Source: Chamaesiphon sp. (GTDB lineage Bacteria; Cyanobacteriota; Cyanobacteriia; Cyanobacteriales; Chamaesiphonaceae). Taken from it: 64,000 bases of DNA. The DNA is taken from contig CBDFFH010000002.1 of assembly GCA_965246715.1 (NCBI GenBank), positions 128,001 to 192,000 on the forward strand. Direction: 5' to 3'. Below the pieces are notes generated by a model that saw only the letters and a program-made list of their open reading frames with translations, was not told where the DNA came from and made no database searches. This document shows, piece after piece, positions 1 through 10,048 of this stretch (positions within the stretch are counted from its first letter, which is position 1; each line of letters begins with the position of its first letter). A program made the translations under genes and the position numbers.

Positions 1-942
1 CCAGCTAGATTTGGTCTGAAAGAAGTCAAATTCTGTCAGTTGCTCGATCCCATGTCGGGCGTACATCGATGTGTCTGTATGGATCGTGGTCGTGGCATAA
101 TTGGGTTGCCAAGCACCAAAACGTCTGAGTTCTGCCACAGTAGGATCGGCGAGTAATGCCAACACGCGATCGGGTGGAGTCGCAAAGATGACTTTATCGA
201 ATAATTGAGTTGTACCATCAGCTAAGTGAATCTGGATGCCACCATCAACCAATCGCCAGATTTGGGTAATATTAGCATTGAGATATACTTTGCCCCGAAA
301 GCGTTCGAGAATCTTTTCGATATAAGCATAAACTCCACCTTTAACGCGCACCCATTCAGTCAGTACATAATCGCGTAAAGCCGGAATTGCTAGCTCTGCG
401 GGGACATTATCGATCGACTCAAACGGAATCGAGTAACTATACATCGTCAATAATTTCAGCCAGTCATTGCGCGCCGATTTACCCGGCAAATATTGCGATA
501 ACGGTCGATCGTAAAAACTTTGTAAATTGGCAGCAGCTAATTTCCAGCGCAATCTCAGGGTTTGTAAAACGATCGTATTCAGACGCAAATATTCGATCGC
601 GCGCGCGATCCCCTTGAAATTTTTCCGAATCGTGGTGCCAGAGAGAACGTGTCCACCATCGCGAAAAAACAGCGCCGAACCGAGATCGACTGGCTCTAGT
701 TCTACGCGTAATTCTTGCATCAACGCCAGAAAATTATGAAACTTGCGTGTAAATTCGACAACTCCAGCTTCGAGAAATAATCCAGGCTCTTGCAGTTTGG
801 TGCTGACATTTTTATTTAAGGTGCGAATATGTCCGCCTAACATTGGTTGGCTCTCAAATACACTGACTTGATGCCCTTTTTTGTCGAGCAGGTAGGCAGA
901 TACCATTCCACTCGCACCACCGCCGATAACTGCTATTTTCAT
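1..942 (-). CDS. FAD-dependent oxidoreductase (amine oxidase-like), 3' end outside window
   Basis: Not in the ORF track. Read manually from ATG at 942: MKIAVIGGGASGMVSAYLLDKKGHQVSVFESQPMLGGHIRT (Rossmann GxGxxG plus GG motif); runs to the window edge. Confidence 0.8.
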   Translation of the reverse strand, partial: MKIAVIGGGASGMVSAYLLDKKGHQVSVFESQPMLGGHIRTLNKNVSTKLQEPGLFLEAGVVEFTRKFHNFLALMQELRVELEPVDLGSALFFRDGGHVLSGTTIRKNFKGIARAIEYLRLNTIVLQTLRLRWKLAAANLQSFYDRPLSQYLPGKSARNDWLKLLTMYSYSIPFESIDNVPAELAIPALRDYVLTEWVRVKGGVYAYIEKILERFRGKVYLNANITQIWRLVDGGIQIHLADGTTQLFDKVIFATPPDRVLALLADPTVAELRRFGAWQPNYATTTIHTDTSMYARHGIEQLTEFDFFQTKSSW

Positions 943-957
943 TTTTTTACTTAATTT

Positions 958-2490
958 CTAACCTAAAATCGCATCCCCAGATAATCTTTGATATAAACTC
1001 GCACCCGTCCAAAATGTCGGTGCAAAACCGGGATAGCCAGCGGAAGCATTACAGAAATAAAAGTTTTTCAGCGATGTTTCATGATTGAGTCGGCCGATAC
1101 CCATATTTTGTGGTGTCAGACTAGAGCCATAAGAATTACCTTCAGGACACCAACAGTAGTCTTCATTAGTAGTAGGACTACCAGTGACATTAAAAACCAA
1201 GTATTTCCGGAAGTTGGGAATATAATGTTGCTCGACGACATCGAGGATCGATTCAAAGATTTCGATTTTTTTCTGGCGATATGCTTTGGGGTCGGTTACT
1301 TTGAGATTTTTAAAGTAGGCGTAATTAGCAACTGTTAAAAATTCGACGATCTGACAATCTTCAGGACAATCTCGCGATGCAGTAGTTAGTAATGTCGGTG
1401 TGGTAATCGCAAAACTGGGATTTGAGAAGTCATTTTGCAAGTACATGCGATCGAATGCCACATTCAAATCCACATCTCCGGTATGAAATGTATTCCATTT
1501 CCCAAATCCATAAGCCTGAAGATCGAGATCTTTGACTACGCAGTAAGCCATATAATTAGATGGAGAATAATCATAATTCAGCTTTTTCCTCACTGCTGGC
1601 GAAAACTTTTCCATCCCGATCGAGCGCGCTGCTGTTTGCGGATCGATATTACAAATTACTATTTTCCCAGTAAATTCTTCGCTCTGTTTAGTCCTAAGAT
1701 TTTTTGCGCTCACGCCAGTAACTGTTTTATTGTCGAGGATAAATTCAGTCACTTCTCGCTCTAGCAATACCTCCCCCTCACAACTTTCGATCGTTTTCAC
1801 CAAACCATCGATTACCTGCTCGAAATGGTGGGTAGGATAAAAAGCACCTTTTTGATAACCAGTAAATAAGATTACCCACGCATAAAACGACAGTCGAGCG
1901 GGAGGTAATAGAAAATCCGGCCATTGTGAGGCTAATAATGTTTGAGCGCCTTGAGGCAGATCGAAGCGATCGAATACATTTTGCAGCGTACTATTAAGCG
2001 AGCGTAATGTCTTAGCTACCGAACTAAAATTACGAAATATTTCAGCAGTTTTAATCGGCGGCGCTAAAATTTTTAAGCTATCGCCAACGATTTGGATTTC
2101 ATCGATAAATTTATTGATTTGAGTGGCAGCTTCCGGAAACAAATCGATTAATCGTCGCTTTAATTCCGCTGATGATGAGGGGATTGCCAGACTATAACCA
2201 GGCATGTACATGCGATCGAATCCATCCGGATCGTAGCGCTCGAAGGTAACTTCCCGATCCAATTCGAGTTTTTTGAGGACGCGATTGACAGTGTAGCCTT
2301 CGCCACAATCCCAGACATAATGCAGTTGAGCATTAAACTTATATTTGTTTGCCAGCATAAAAGTATGACCGAAGCCGCCAGCATGTTCGTGTGCTTCCAA
2401 CACGCGCACTTTTTTACCAGCTTTGGCCATTAAAGATCCAAATACTAATGCCGACAAACCACTGCCTACAATTAGATAATCTGTTTCCAC
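958..2490 (-). CDS. Phytoene desaturase/retinol saturase-like NAD(P)/FAD oxidoreductase
   Basis: 510 aa; DYLIVGSGLSAL...EAHEHAGGFGHTF N-terminus; C-terminal SPTT...GNSYG, LKNFYFC and GYPG motifs. Confidence 0.8.
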   Translation of the reverse strand: METDYLIVGSGLSALVFGSLMAKAGKKVRVLEAHEHAGGFGHTFMLANKYKFNAQLHYVWDCGEGYTVNRVLKKLELDREVTFERYDPDGFDRMYMPGYSLAIPSSSAELKRRLIDLFPEAATQINKFIDEIQIVGDSLKILAPPIKTAEIFRNFSSVAKTLRSLNSTLQNVFDRFDLPQGAQTLLASQWPDFLLPPARLSFYAWVILFTGYQKGAFYPTHHFEQVIDGLVKTIESCEGEVLLEREVTEFILDNKTVTGVSAKNLRTKQSEEFTGKIVICNIDPQTAARSIGMEKFSPAVRKKLNYDYSPSNYMAYCVVKDLDLQAYGFGKWNTFHTGDVDLNVAFDRMYLQNDFSNPSFAITTPTLLTTASRDCPEDCQIVEFLTVANYAYFKNLKVTDPKAYRQKKIEIFESILDVVEQHYIPNFRKYLVFNVTGSPTTNEDYCWCPEGNSYGSSLTPQNMGIGRLNHETSLKNFYFCNASAGYPGFAPTFWTGASLYQRLSGDAILG

Positions 2491-2753
2491 GATTTATTAC
2501 CTCTAACCGATCGAACTCTAATAAATACTCGATCGTGTATCGATAAGATCGCTATTTATAGATGACGTAATACCTCAATCTTGGCGCTATTTTTTTCGAT
2601 CCGGTGAATTTAGTTACATATCTTCAAAATTGTGCAATTCTGTAAATATGGCTACAAGCGATCGCTACTATAAGCGATCTTTTCCTCACAACTTACTCAT
2701 ATTTTATTGATATAATCAGATCGCAATCTGCGATTTATCACAACCATCTTTCG

Positions 2754-3431
2754 ATGAGTAAAAGATTTCGCGATCGAGCCGAAGCTGGACAACAACTCGC
2801 CCAAAGACTGTTAGCTTACGCCGAGACTTCACCAGCGAACGGCTTGCAGTCGATCTTGTCGCGCGCTACGACAGCAATCGTCCTAGCGTTGCCGCGCGGC
2901 GGCGTTCCTGTTGCTGCGCCGATTGCCAAGACGCTTCAACTGCCGCTAGATGTGTGTCTCGTCCGCAAGCTCGGTGTTCCTGGCAATCCAGAACTAGCGA
3001 TGGGTGCGATCGATCTCTACGGTGGCAGGTATTTAAACGAGCGGATCGTGGCTGAATTAAACATCTCGCCAGCAAGCATCGATCGAGTGACAGAGCTAGA
3101 ATCGATCGAATTGCGCCGCCGCGAGCGAGTATATCGCGGCAATCGTCCACCATTAGACTTATCAGATCGAATTGTCATCTTGGTAGATGATGGGTTAGCA
3201 ACTGGAGCCACGATGCGATCGGCAATTCGATCGATTCAGCCGCAGCACCCAGCCCAGATTATCATCGCAGTGCCAGTTGCTTCCAGCGAACTAGTCGCTG
3301 AAATGACTGCTTTAGTCGATTTATTTGTTTGCTCGATCGTGCCGAAATCCTTATATGCGATCGGTGCTTGGTATGAAAAATTTCCCCAGACTACCGATGC
3401 CGAAGTCTGTGCAGCTTTAGACGATGTTTAG
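2754..3431 (+). CDS. Phosphoribosyltransferase family protein
   Basis: FRDRAEAGQQLA, LALPRGGVPVA and VILVDDGLATGATM (PRPP-binding) motifs. Confidence 0.9.
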   Translation: MSKRFRDRAEAGQQLAQRLLAYAETSPANGLQSILSRATTAIVLALPRGGVPVAAPIAKTLQLPLDVCLVRKLGVPGNPELAMGAIDLYGGRYLNERIVAELNISPASIDRVTELESIELRRRERVYRGNRPPLDLSDRIVILVDDGLATGATMRSAIRSIQPQHPAQIIIAVPVASSELVAEMTALVDLFVCSIVPKSLYAIGAWYEKFPQTTDAEVCAALDDV

Positions 3432-3480
3432 AATTGCTTTAAACTATGTTGTCTCGTTCGTTTAATCGATCGCCGCAAAA

Positions 3481-3837
3481 CTACAAAAATTTGAGGATAA
3501 CGATCCAGAGTTAAATGGTTATCTAGTGGGTAGTTTGGCAGCAGATTTTAAAGCTGTAGAAACTGCACCGCTAATTGAAGCCGCCTATGCTGCCGATCGA
3601 GTCGATCCTTCATTTGTCGGGAATTGGGATGACGCTCAAGTTTGGCTGGGTTTGAAAAAAGCACCAAAAGTTCCCACCAAAATTCGCGAACGGCGAAGAT
3701 TATTGATGAAAATTATGAGCAGAGATATCGATATCGATCGAGAGGATCTAGATAATAAAATCAAGCAGGGTGCTAGTAAAAGTAAAACTAAACGCAAGCA
3801 GCAACAAGCCGCTCGTTGCAAAAACCGCAAAAAATAA
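3481..3837 (+). pseudogene. C-terminal remnant of a DUF1186-like protein
   Basis: In-frame LQKFEDNDPELNGYLVGSL...AVETAPLIEAAYAADRVDPSFVGNWDDAQVWLGL plus basic tail; N-terminal part missing. Confidence 0.5.
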
Positions 3838-4016
3838 TGTTTAAAACTATTCGGCTCTTCACTTGCTGGTATGCTAATCATCACTTGAAACCTTCCTAAT
3901 CCTTGTAGAGAGCCAAAATTCACGAAAAAATCTAACAGTAATCAGTTTTGAGGCTCAAGCCCTTGTCAGGTAAGGATTCTAGGCATAAATTAGCATACTA
4001 AGTAGTGAAGAGCCAA

Positions 4017-5234
4017 CTATTCAAACGATGAATAATATCTGTCTTCGTTTCCGTCCTCTTGAGATCTTGACTCAACAATATATGAAGCTTCTCTAAGTAG
4101 GTTGATTCCAGCTTGAGAAAGATAGTTTCTAGATACATTCAATAGATTAAGATGCTGTAACTTAGTGCTGCTAGATAATTGAGTTGCATGTTGGTCTCTG
4201 ATTGTGCATGCCTCCAGATCCAAAACAACAAGATTATCTACAATCGACGAATTCAGTATAAGCGACATTAAATCTTCAGGATTTTCATAGCAGCAAATAC
4301 CAAGATATTCTAATCGAGGTACGCTCATATTTTTTATTGGATCTAGAGTGATGTTTTGATTCCAAGCTTGTGTTCCTAACCATACCTGAAAATATTCTAA
4401 ACTAGGTAAACTCATATTGCAGATTTGAGTTAGACTGTCATTATGCATTGAGGCAGTTTCAATAATTAGAGACTTGAGGCTTTCATGTTGTATTTCTCCA
4501 CAAGTTAAGATTGAATCGTAAAAATTACCATAAACTTGTAGAACTTCTAAATCTGGAAATGCTTGCAAGATAGGTTTAATATCGACAATTTGTAATTGAG
4601 ATAGGCGGTATTGATAATAGTCACCTCTAACGTCGCCAATAAATATCGCTTTTACATTCTGCAATAATAATTTTGCTTGGCAAATTGCTTTTATAGCTAC
4701 GCTACATGCCCAATCCCGATCGGGTAATTCACTACCGATCGATATCTGAAATATTAATGCTTGTAATTCACTAATTCGGGGATCTTCAATCAGAGCATAG
4801 AATCGATCGATATCATAATTATCTTCTTCATCTGAAATAGTTAATCTCACTGTGTAAGCAATACTTTCAGGATCGATAATCCCAATACCTGGATAGTACG
4901 TTTCTGCTCTCCAATCATTGAGAGTAGTAAAATATCCGAATGGATCTGCTACTAATAATGTCTCTTTCCCTGATTCACCTGTTTGATTTCGCAGTAATCT
5001 ACGAGCCAATCGGCAAATATCTTCATCATCATCTGTCAATGATTCAATCAATAAATCAACCCCATCAGTTCCATATTGAATTGCATCAGTTAGGGCTTGA
5101 AATCTAGTTTGTAGAGATTCCATTTTTAAGCGTTTTTTGATTCCAGCTAAGCCACCTAAAGTAACAGCATTTATTGGTGTTGGGTTTTGTCCACCTAAAA
5201 CTAGATCTGATGCGTCGGGAATGGATTCTGGCAT
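4017..5234 (-). CDS. HEAT-like N-terminus plus leucine-rich-repeat (STM4015-like) protein
   Basis: ILQAFPDLEVLQVYG, HESLKSLIIET, LPSLEYFQVWLG and LNLLNVSRNYLS LRR-type repeats. Confidence 0.7.
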   Translation of the reverse strand: MPESIPDASDLVLGGQNPTPINAVTLGGLAGIKKRLKMESLQTRFQALTDAIQYGTDGVDLLIESLTDDDEDICRLARRLLRNQTGESGKETLLVADPFGYFTTLNDWRAETYYPGIGIIDPESIAYTVRLTISDEEDNYDIDRFYALIEDPRISELQALIFQISIGSELPDRDWACSVAIKAICQAKLLLQNVKAIFIGDVRGDYYQYRLSQLQIVDIKPILQAFPDLEVLQVYGNFYDSILTCGEIQHESLKSLIIETASMHNDSLTQICNMSLPSLEYFQVWLGTQAWNQNITLDPIKNMSVPRLEYLGICCYENPEDLMSLILNSSIVDNLVVLDLEACTIRDQHATQLSSSTKLQHLNLLNVSRNYLSQAGINLLREASYIVESRSQEDGNEDRYYSSFE

Positions 5235-5324
5235 GGGTATCTATTCGATATGAGGTTGTACTTATTATGCCCGTTGGTGGAGCCTACCGGAGGTAATCGA
5301 TCTTACTATTTCTCCATCGATGCA

Positions 5325-5437
5325 GCCCTCAAATGAATTTGGGGCTAAGAGCAAAAGTCCGTTGAAACGGACTAAGATTAATTCCTAGTTATCTTCAGAT
5401 AACTTTCGCTATGAGCGCGAAATTCTATTTCAGCGCG
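5325..5437. repeat. Branched palindromic dispersed repeat (copy 1)
   Basis: GCCCTCAAATGAATTTGGGGCTAA..CAAAAGTCCGTTGAAACGGACT with nested hairpins; matches 25121-25258. Confidence 0.7.
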
Positions 5438-5460
5438 GATGTCGCTTTCTCTAGTCATAC

Positions 5461-7038
5461 TTAATTCAATTTAGCGATCGATCCCCGTTCAACCAAAACC
5501 CTATTAGTCAATAAATCCGTCACCGTCACCACCAAAATTCGATGTTCCGTCACGGCAAATTCCACCGCAATGCGATCGATTCCTAATTCCCCAGGTGGTT
5601 CTAATCTCGCCAGGCAAACTGAATTGCGATCGCGTTCTAACGAGCGATATTGCGATTGTTTATTCACTGGCATACTACTCATCCTCCCCTGTGCATCATA
5701 AGTAACTTCTGCGGTGCTAATTTGGGCGATTTCCCCGATATCTAGGCGGATTTCGGTTTGTCCTTCGATCGCGACTTGGAGGGTTAATGATTCCACGCGG
5801 GTGCAGGGATATTTAATGCCAGCTTCAAATAGGGGAAAATAATTGTAGGTACGAGTATATGGTTCCCACAGGCGGATGCAATATCCATGTCGGAGATAAT
5901 CTTCTAATCCGGCAATTTGGGTGAGTGCTAATGCTCCATGTGCGACGGCTTCAAAGGGTTTATGGAGCTTTACGCGTTGTCTGCCAAAGTAGGAGATAAA
6001 TAGTTGTTGAATTGCTTGAATCTGACAGCTTCCGCCGACTAATAATATCTGTTCGATATCTACTTTTTGGACACCTTTTCGCAAACCGAGGGTGAGAATT
6101 TCATCGATCGCATCGCGAAATTGTTCGAGTAATTGTCGCTGTTCTAATAGTTCTTCTAATTGCGATCGATCTAAAGTCAGATCGTAGGACATAAACGTAT
6201 CTTCATCCAACCAACTTTCGCGCGCCTCGCGATCGGTAGTCAAGCGAATCTTTAAGCGTTCGGCGATCGCGAGTAGATTTTGCCAACCGACTTCACCGAT
6301 GGTTTCTCGATCGCTATTTAATCGTATTAAATAATCTTCAATAATCCACCTGTCGATATCTTCACCACCCACATATACATCAGTCTTGGCTAATACCTCC
6401 GCCTGGAGTTTGACATCATCCGTACCCAATGGCGACGTTCTCACGAGACTCAAATCGAGCGTTCCGCCCCCAAAATCAGCCACTAACACGATCGAACCCG
6501 GACGTTGCACGGCATAGCCCAAAGCTGCTGCTGTCGATTCATCGACGAACTTAACCGTGGGTAATTTTAACTCAATCGCGACATCTTTAAACCAATCTAA
6601 ATACCGCTCGAACGTACCGACGGGAACTGTAAAAATGACTAACGACGGTTCGATTTTGGCAGCCAACACTTCTTGCCAAATCTGAGTCAGAAATGCTACC
6701 GCCACACTATGGGAATCAAATACCTTATCCTCGATCGTTCGTGGTGGTATTTGAAAATCTGCCGCCAAATCGCGTTTAAACGCCCGAAAAAACCGTTGCG
6801 GTTGTGACAGTCCCAATCGCTGAGATCGCACCTTATCCCCGACGATAATTTCTCGCCCATTACCGACATATACTAAGCTCGGAATGACTGCGATCTCTCC
6901 ACCAGTCGCGATCGTATCGCCCAAACTAAATACCCGCGACAAACTTGGAAACCTCAGCGTTTTTGGTGTCTGGGTATCGGGTTCTAAGATACTGACTACT
7001 GTATTGCTGGTGCCAAAATCGATCGCGATGGCTGTCAT
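5461..7038 (-). CDS. Hsp70-family protein (atypical DnaK-like)
   Basis: AIDFGTSNT, DESTAAALGY, DFGGGTLDLS and LLVGGS motifs. Start moved to ATG 7038 because the upstream extension is heptamer repeat. Confidence 0.85.
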   Translation of the reverse strand: MTAIAIDFGTSNTVVSILEPDTQTPKTLRFPSLSRVFSLGDTIATGGEIAVIPSLVYVGNGREIIVGDKVRSQRLGLSQPQRFFRAFKRDLAADFQIPPRTIEDKVFDSHSVAVAFLTQIWQEVLAAKIEPSLVIFTVPVGTFERYLDWFKDVAIELKLPTVKFVDESTAAALGYAVQRPGSIVLVADFGGGTLDLSLVRTSPLGTDDVKLQAEVLAKTDVYVGGEDIDRWIIEDYLIRLNSDRETIGEVGWQNLLAIAERLKIRLTTDREARESWLDEDTFMSYDLTLDRSQLEELLEQRQLLEQFRDAIDEILTLGLRKGVQKVDIEQILLVGGSCQIQAIQQLFISYFGRQRVKLHKPFEAVAHGALALTQIAGLEDYLRHGYCIRLWEPYTRTYNYFPLFEAGIKYPCTRVESLTLQVAIEGQTEIRLDIGEIAQISTAEVTYDAQGRMSSMPVNKQSQYRSLERDRNSVCLARLEPPGELGIDRIAVEFAVTEHRILVVTVTDLLTNRVLVERGSIAKLN

Positions 7039-7040
7039 TT

Positions 7041-7080
7041 GGATTGGGGATTGGGGATTTCGGATTGGGGATTGGGGATT
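7041..7080. repeat. Heptamer short tandem repeat (STRR, CCCCAAT-type)
   Basis: ggattggggattggggatttcggattggggattggggatt. Confidence 0.8.
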
Positions 7081-7087
7081 AATATTC

Positions 7088-7120
7088 GTAGGGTGTGTTA
7101 TCGCGCTAGCGTAACGCACC
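7088..7120. repeat. GTAG-type REP-like palindrome
   Basis: GTAGGGTGTGTTA-tcgcgctagcg-TAACGCACC; related inverted copy at 33371-33403. Confidence 0.6.
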
Positions 7121-7121
7121 A

Positions 7122-7772
7122 TCATTTCGCATTCGCAGGTAAAGTACGGCTAACCTTGGCTGGTATAAGAATTCGATCGCCTTTCTGATAGCCGACAAAC
7201 CGCACGTAAACCGATTCACCTGTTTGGATGTCTCCGACATCACTTTGATGGATCTGCGGGTCGTATCGCACCATTTCCCACGGTTTACCGATCGATTGAC
7301 ACTCCCAGAATTTAACGATATTTTCGAGGGATGTTAATAAAGCGACGATATTTCGAGCGGGTAAATCTGGTTGACTTTCTACCATCTTCCGCACGCTGGG
7401 ATATTGAGTCAGGAGTGTTTGAATCTGCTCGAAGCCTCCATCGATCGCATCCGATCGAACTTGCGCTGCTTGTGTTTTCAATTCTTCCCGCAATCGTTGA
7501 CATTGTTGTGTCAATCCGATAATTTCTGACTTCAATCTTGCTTTATCTACTTCACTAGTTTGGAGTTGAAATTTTATCTCTGTTAATTGAGATTGCAATT
7601 TCAGTTCGGTTGCTTGCGATCGCCCTTGTAATTGATTAATTTCTGTGGTTAAGCGTTGTTCTAATGCTACTCGATCGGCTGTCGCAATTTTAAGAGATCT
7701 CAAATAAAAAAATCCTAGTGTCACGATACTCGTGAAAAACCCCACCAATCCACCGATTAATTCTGGCTCCAT
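7122..7772 (-). CDS. GrpE-like protein with N-terminal membrane anchor and coiled coil
   Basis: N-terminal hydrophobic helix; C-terminal YDPQIHQ...VYVRFVGYQKGDRILIPAKV (GrpE head-like); adjacent to Hsp70. Confidence 0.7.
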   Translation of the reverse strand: MEPELIGGLVGFFTSIVTLGFFYLRSLKIATADRVALEQRLTTEINQLQGRSQATELKLQSQLTEIKFQLQTSEVDKARLKSEIIGLTQQCQRLREELKTQAAQVRSDAIDGGFEQIQTLLTQYPSVRKMVESQPDLPARNIVALLTSLENIVKFWECQSIGKPWEMVRYDPQIHQSDVGDIQTGESVYVRFVGYQKGDRILIPAKVSRTLPANAK

Positions 7773-7844
7773 TTTTATACCAATTTAAAATACAAAGGTG
7801 ACAGATGGGTTTGCAGACTCCAGCCTAGCAGAGCTTTCCCAAGC

Positions 7845-7871
7845 CAAAATCCAAAATCCAAAATCCAAAAT
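7845..7871. repeat. Heptamer tandem repeat (CCAAAAT)n
   Basis: caaaatccaaaatccaaaatccaaaat. Confidence 0.75.
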
Positions 7872-7878
7872 GTTATTA

Positions 7879-8097
7879 CTATCCTTGAGTTTCGTTAGCT
7901 TGGGACTGCTCGTTGACGAGGTAATTATCCGCACCATCGTGGTATTCGGGTAATAGTTCCCGCGATTCGACTTTACCCAAGGATGCTTCGATATCTTGGG
8001 TAGCGAGGGTGCAGGTTTCGCCGCTACCATTGATGACAGTTTCGGTGACTTTGCCGTCTTTACCAATGCGGTATTCGATTTTTTGATATTCAGCCAT
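7879..8097 (-). CDS. DUF2997-like small protein
   Basis: IEYRIGKDGKVTETVINGSGETCTLATQDIEASLGKV pattern. Confidence 0.75.
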   Translation of the reverse strand: MAEYQKIEYRIGKDGKVTETVINGSGETCTLATQDIEASLGKVESRELLPEYHDGADNYLVNEQSQANETQG

Positions 8098-8127
8098 GAT
8101 TTTTTTTGGATGTTGGAGTTGCCGTCT

Positions 8128-9297
8128 TTACCAAAAAATATTGGTAGAGACATGTGGCATTTTACAGCGAAGTTCTTCAGGTGTGTTGGGATGCTCTGCT
8201 ATTGCTCGTCCTAATTGATGTTTAATTTTTTCGGTATCTCTCCTGAAAAAAACTGGATGGACGATGATTTGCTCCATATAAATAGCCAGTTTTTCTAATA
8301 TATAAGTAGGGGTTTGTGGATTTTTGGCTATTCCTACAGATGCTCCATTAGGTCTTGTGCCACATTCTATTACATCATTCATGATTTCTTCTAATATGTC
8401 TATAGTACTACTTGGATTGGCAGCAATCTGTATACGAACGCCAGGACGACCAAATTCAAGCAAGTATTGTAAAAATTCAATTGGTGTATCAGGATGATTA
8501 GCGATCACTTTCTGAGTATAGTAGTTTCCGTCTATAAATTTAGGATTTTCAAGAATCAATTGTGGCAAAATTGGGTTGCAGATAAAGTCAGTTGGAAACC
8601 AACGACCTAAATTTAATAGTAACTCGATTGGCGAATTGGGGTGTCTAGTAGCATCTCGGTAAATTTCACAAGCAACTTTAACAATTTGGACAATTTCAAT
8701 CGAGATATTTAAGTCAACTAAGTTTTGATAATGCGTTTCTAAATCGACGTGCGCGTAACCAAAAGGATTGAAATCAAAATCGACAACATGACCGTAACGA
8801 AAAGGATTTAAATTAAATTTCTGCTTTAATTTAGACCATTCCTGAATATTTGCGGCTAATATTGCATTCATATTGCTAATATCGCCTAACTCAGACAATA
8901 CATCTGGAGGTGTGTTCGGATTGTTAGCTAAGTTTTTTACAGTTGTCAGATCCTTAGATCGAGAAATTTCTGCGAGCAATTGAGGCTTAGAATCAGTGTC
9001 GTTGGCTAACATTCTAAATAATTCATTTTTCTCGGTTTCTTCCAATAAATTATCCAATAATGTGGATGCTAATTCACGAATTTCCTCAGCAGGATCTGCA
9101 AGGAATTGAATGACTAGATCGAGCGCATCTTTACCATATTGAATGGTATTATCTAAAGCCTGAAGTCTTACTGTTATAGATTCACTCTTTAACCGTTGTT
9201 TTACACCAGCTAAACCACCCAAAACAGCAGCATCGATCGGTGGTGGATTTTGTCCGCCGATAATTAGATCTGATTCGCGAGGAGTGAGTTCTGACAT
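8128..9297 (-). CDS. HEAT / leucine-rich-variant repeat protein
   Basis: Repeated A(N/K)(N/H)PNTP units. Start moved to ATG 9297 (MSELTPRESDLIIGG), which removes the overlap with cysC and matches the N-terminus of 4017-5234. Confidence 0.7.
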   Translation of the reverse strand: MSELTPRESDLIIGGQNPPPIDAAVLGGLAGVKQRLKSESITVRLQALDNTIQYGKDALDLVIQFLADPAEEIRELASTLLDNLLEETEKNELFRMLANDTDSKPQLLAEISRSKDLTTVKNLANNPNTPPDVLSELGDISNMNAILAANIQEWSKLKQKFNLNPFRYGHVVDFDFNPFGYAHVDLETHYQNLVDLNISIEIVQIVKVACEIYRDATRHPNSPIELLLNLGRWFPTDFICNPILPQLILENPKFIDGNYYTQKVIANHPDTPIEFLQYLLEFGRPGVRIQIAANPSSTIDILEEIMNDVIECGTRPNGASVGIAKNPQTPTYILEKLAIYMEQIIVHPVFFRRDTEKIKHQLGRAIAEHPNTPEELRCKMPHVSTNIFW

Positions 9298-9360
9298 AGG
9301 TATCGACAGTGTGAGATTATTTCTATTATGCCCGTTTGGGCTATGAGGTTCGGTGATGAC

Positions 9361-9891
9361 ATGAACAAGATCCAAAATTCGATCGTCTGGTTCACCGGAT
9401 TGAGCGGCGCGGGAAAAACCACGATTTGTCAACGAGTAGCCGCAGAACTCCAAATGCAGGGGCAAAAAGTCCACTGTCTCGATGGCGATACGCTCCGCCA
9501 AACCCTAACGGCTGACTTGGGATTTAGTCCGATCGATCGAGCCGAAAATATCCGCCGGATCGGGAATATCGCCCAGCAAATGACCCTAGAAGGCGCAATC
9601 GTCCTTGTTGCCGCGATCGCGCCATACCGACAGATGAGAGCGGCATTACGAGCGCAAATTGAGGCATTTGTAGAGGTGTACGTCAATGCCCCCCTCGCAA
9701 TCTGCGAACAACGCGATCCGAAGGGATTGTATCGCCGTGCTAGAGCGGGGGAAATTAAGCAATTTACCGGAATCGACGATCCCTATGAGCCACCATTGAA
9801 TCCTGAAATTACTTGTTATACCGATCGCGAATCGATCGCTCAAAGCACCCAGAAAGTCGTCGATTATTTACAATTTCACCATCGATTGTAG
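9361..9891 (+). CDS. cysC: Adenylyl-sulfate kinase
   Basis: VWFTGLSGAGKTT, LDGD, DLGFSPIDRAENIRRI, RDPKGLY and FTGIDDPYEPP motifs. Confidence 0.95.
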   Translation: MNKIQNSIVWFTGLSGAGKTTICQRVAAELQMQGQKVHCLDGDTLRQTLTADLGFSPIDRAENIRRIGNIAQQMTLEGAIVLVAAIAPYRQMRAALRAQIEAFVEVYVNAPLAICEQRDPKGLYRRARAGEIKQFTGIDDPYEPPLNPEITCYTDRESIAQSTQKVVDYLQFHHRL

Positions 9892-10016
9892 GATGGCATT
9901 GCCCGAATTACGGAATAAGCTGACATGCATTCAAATCGATCGTTCGTTGGCGGAGCCTCTCGTAAGAGAATCCGTCGATGATTAAGATCGCAAATAATCC
10001 TCAAATACTCACTGCG

Positions 10017-10048
<32 letters not shown>

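Noticed and set aside
9361..9891. cysC as part of the peptide cluster
   Set aside because: It is separated by ~880 bp and no sulfotransferase is present; likely housekeeping.
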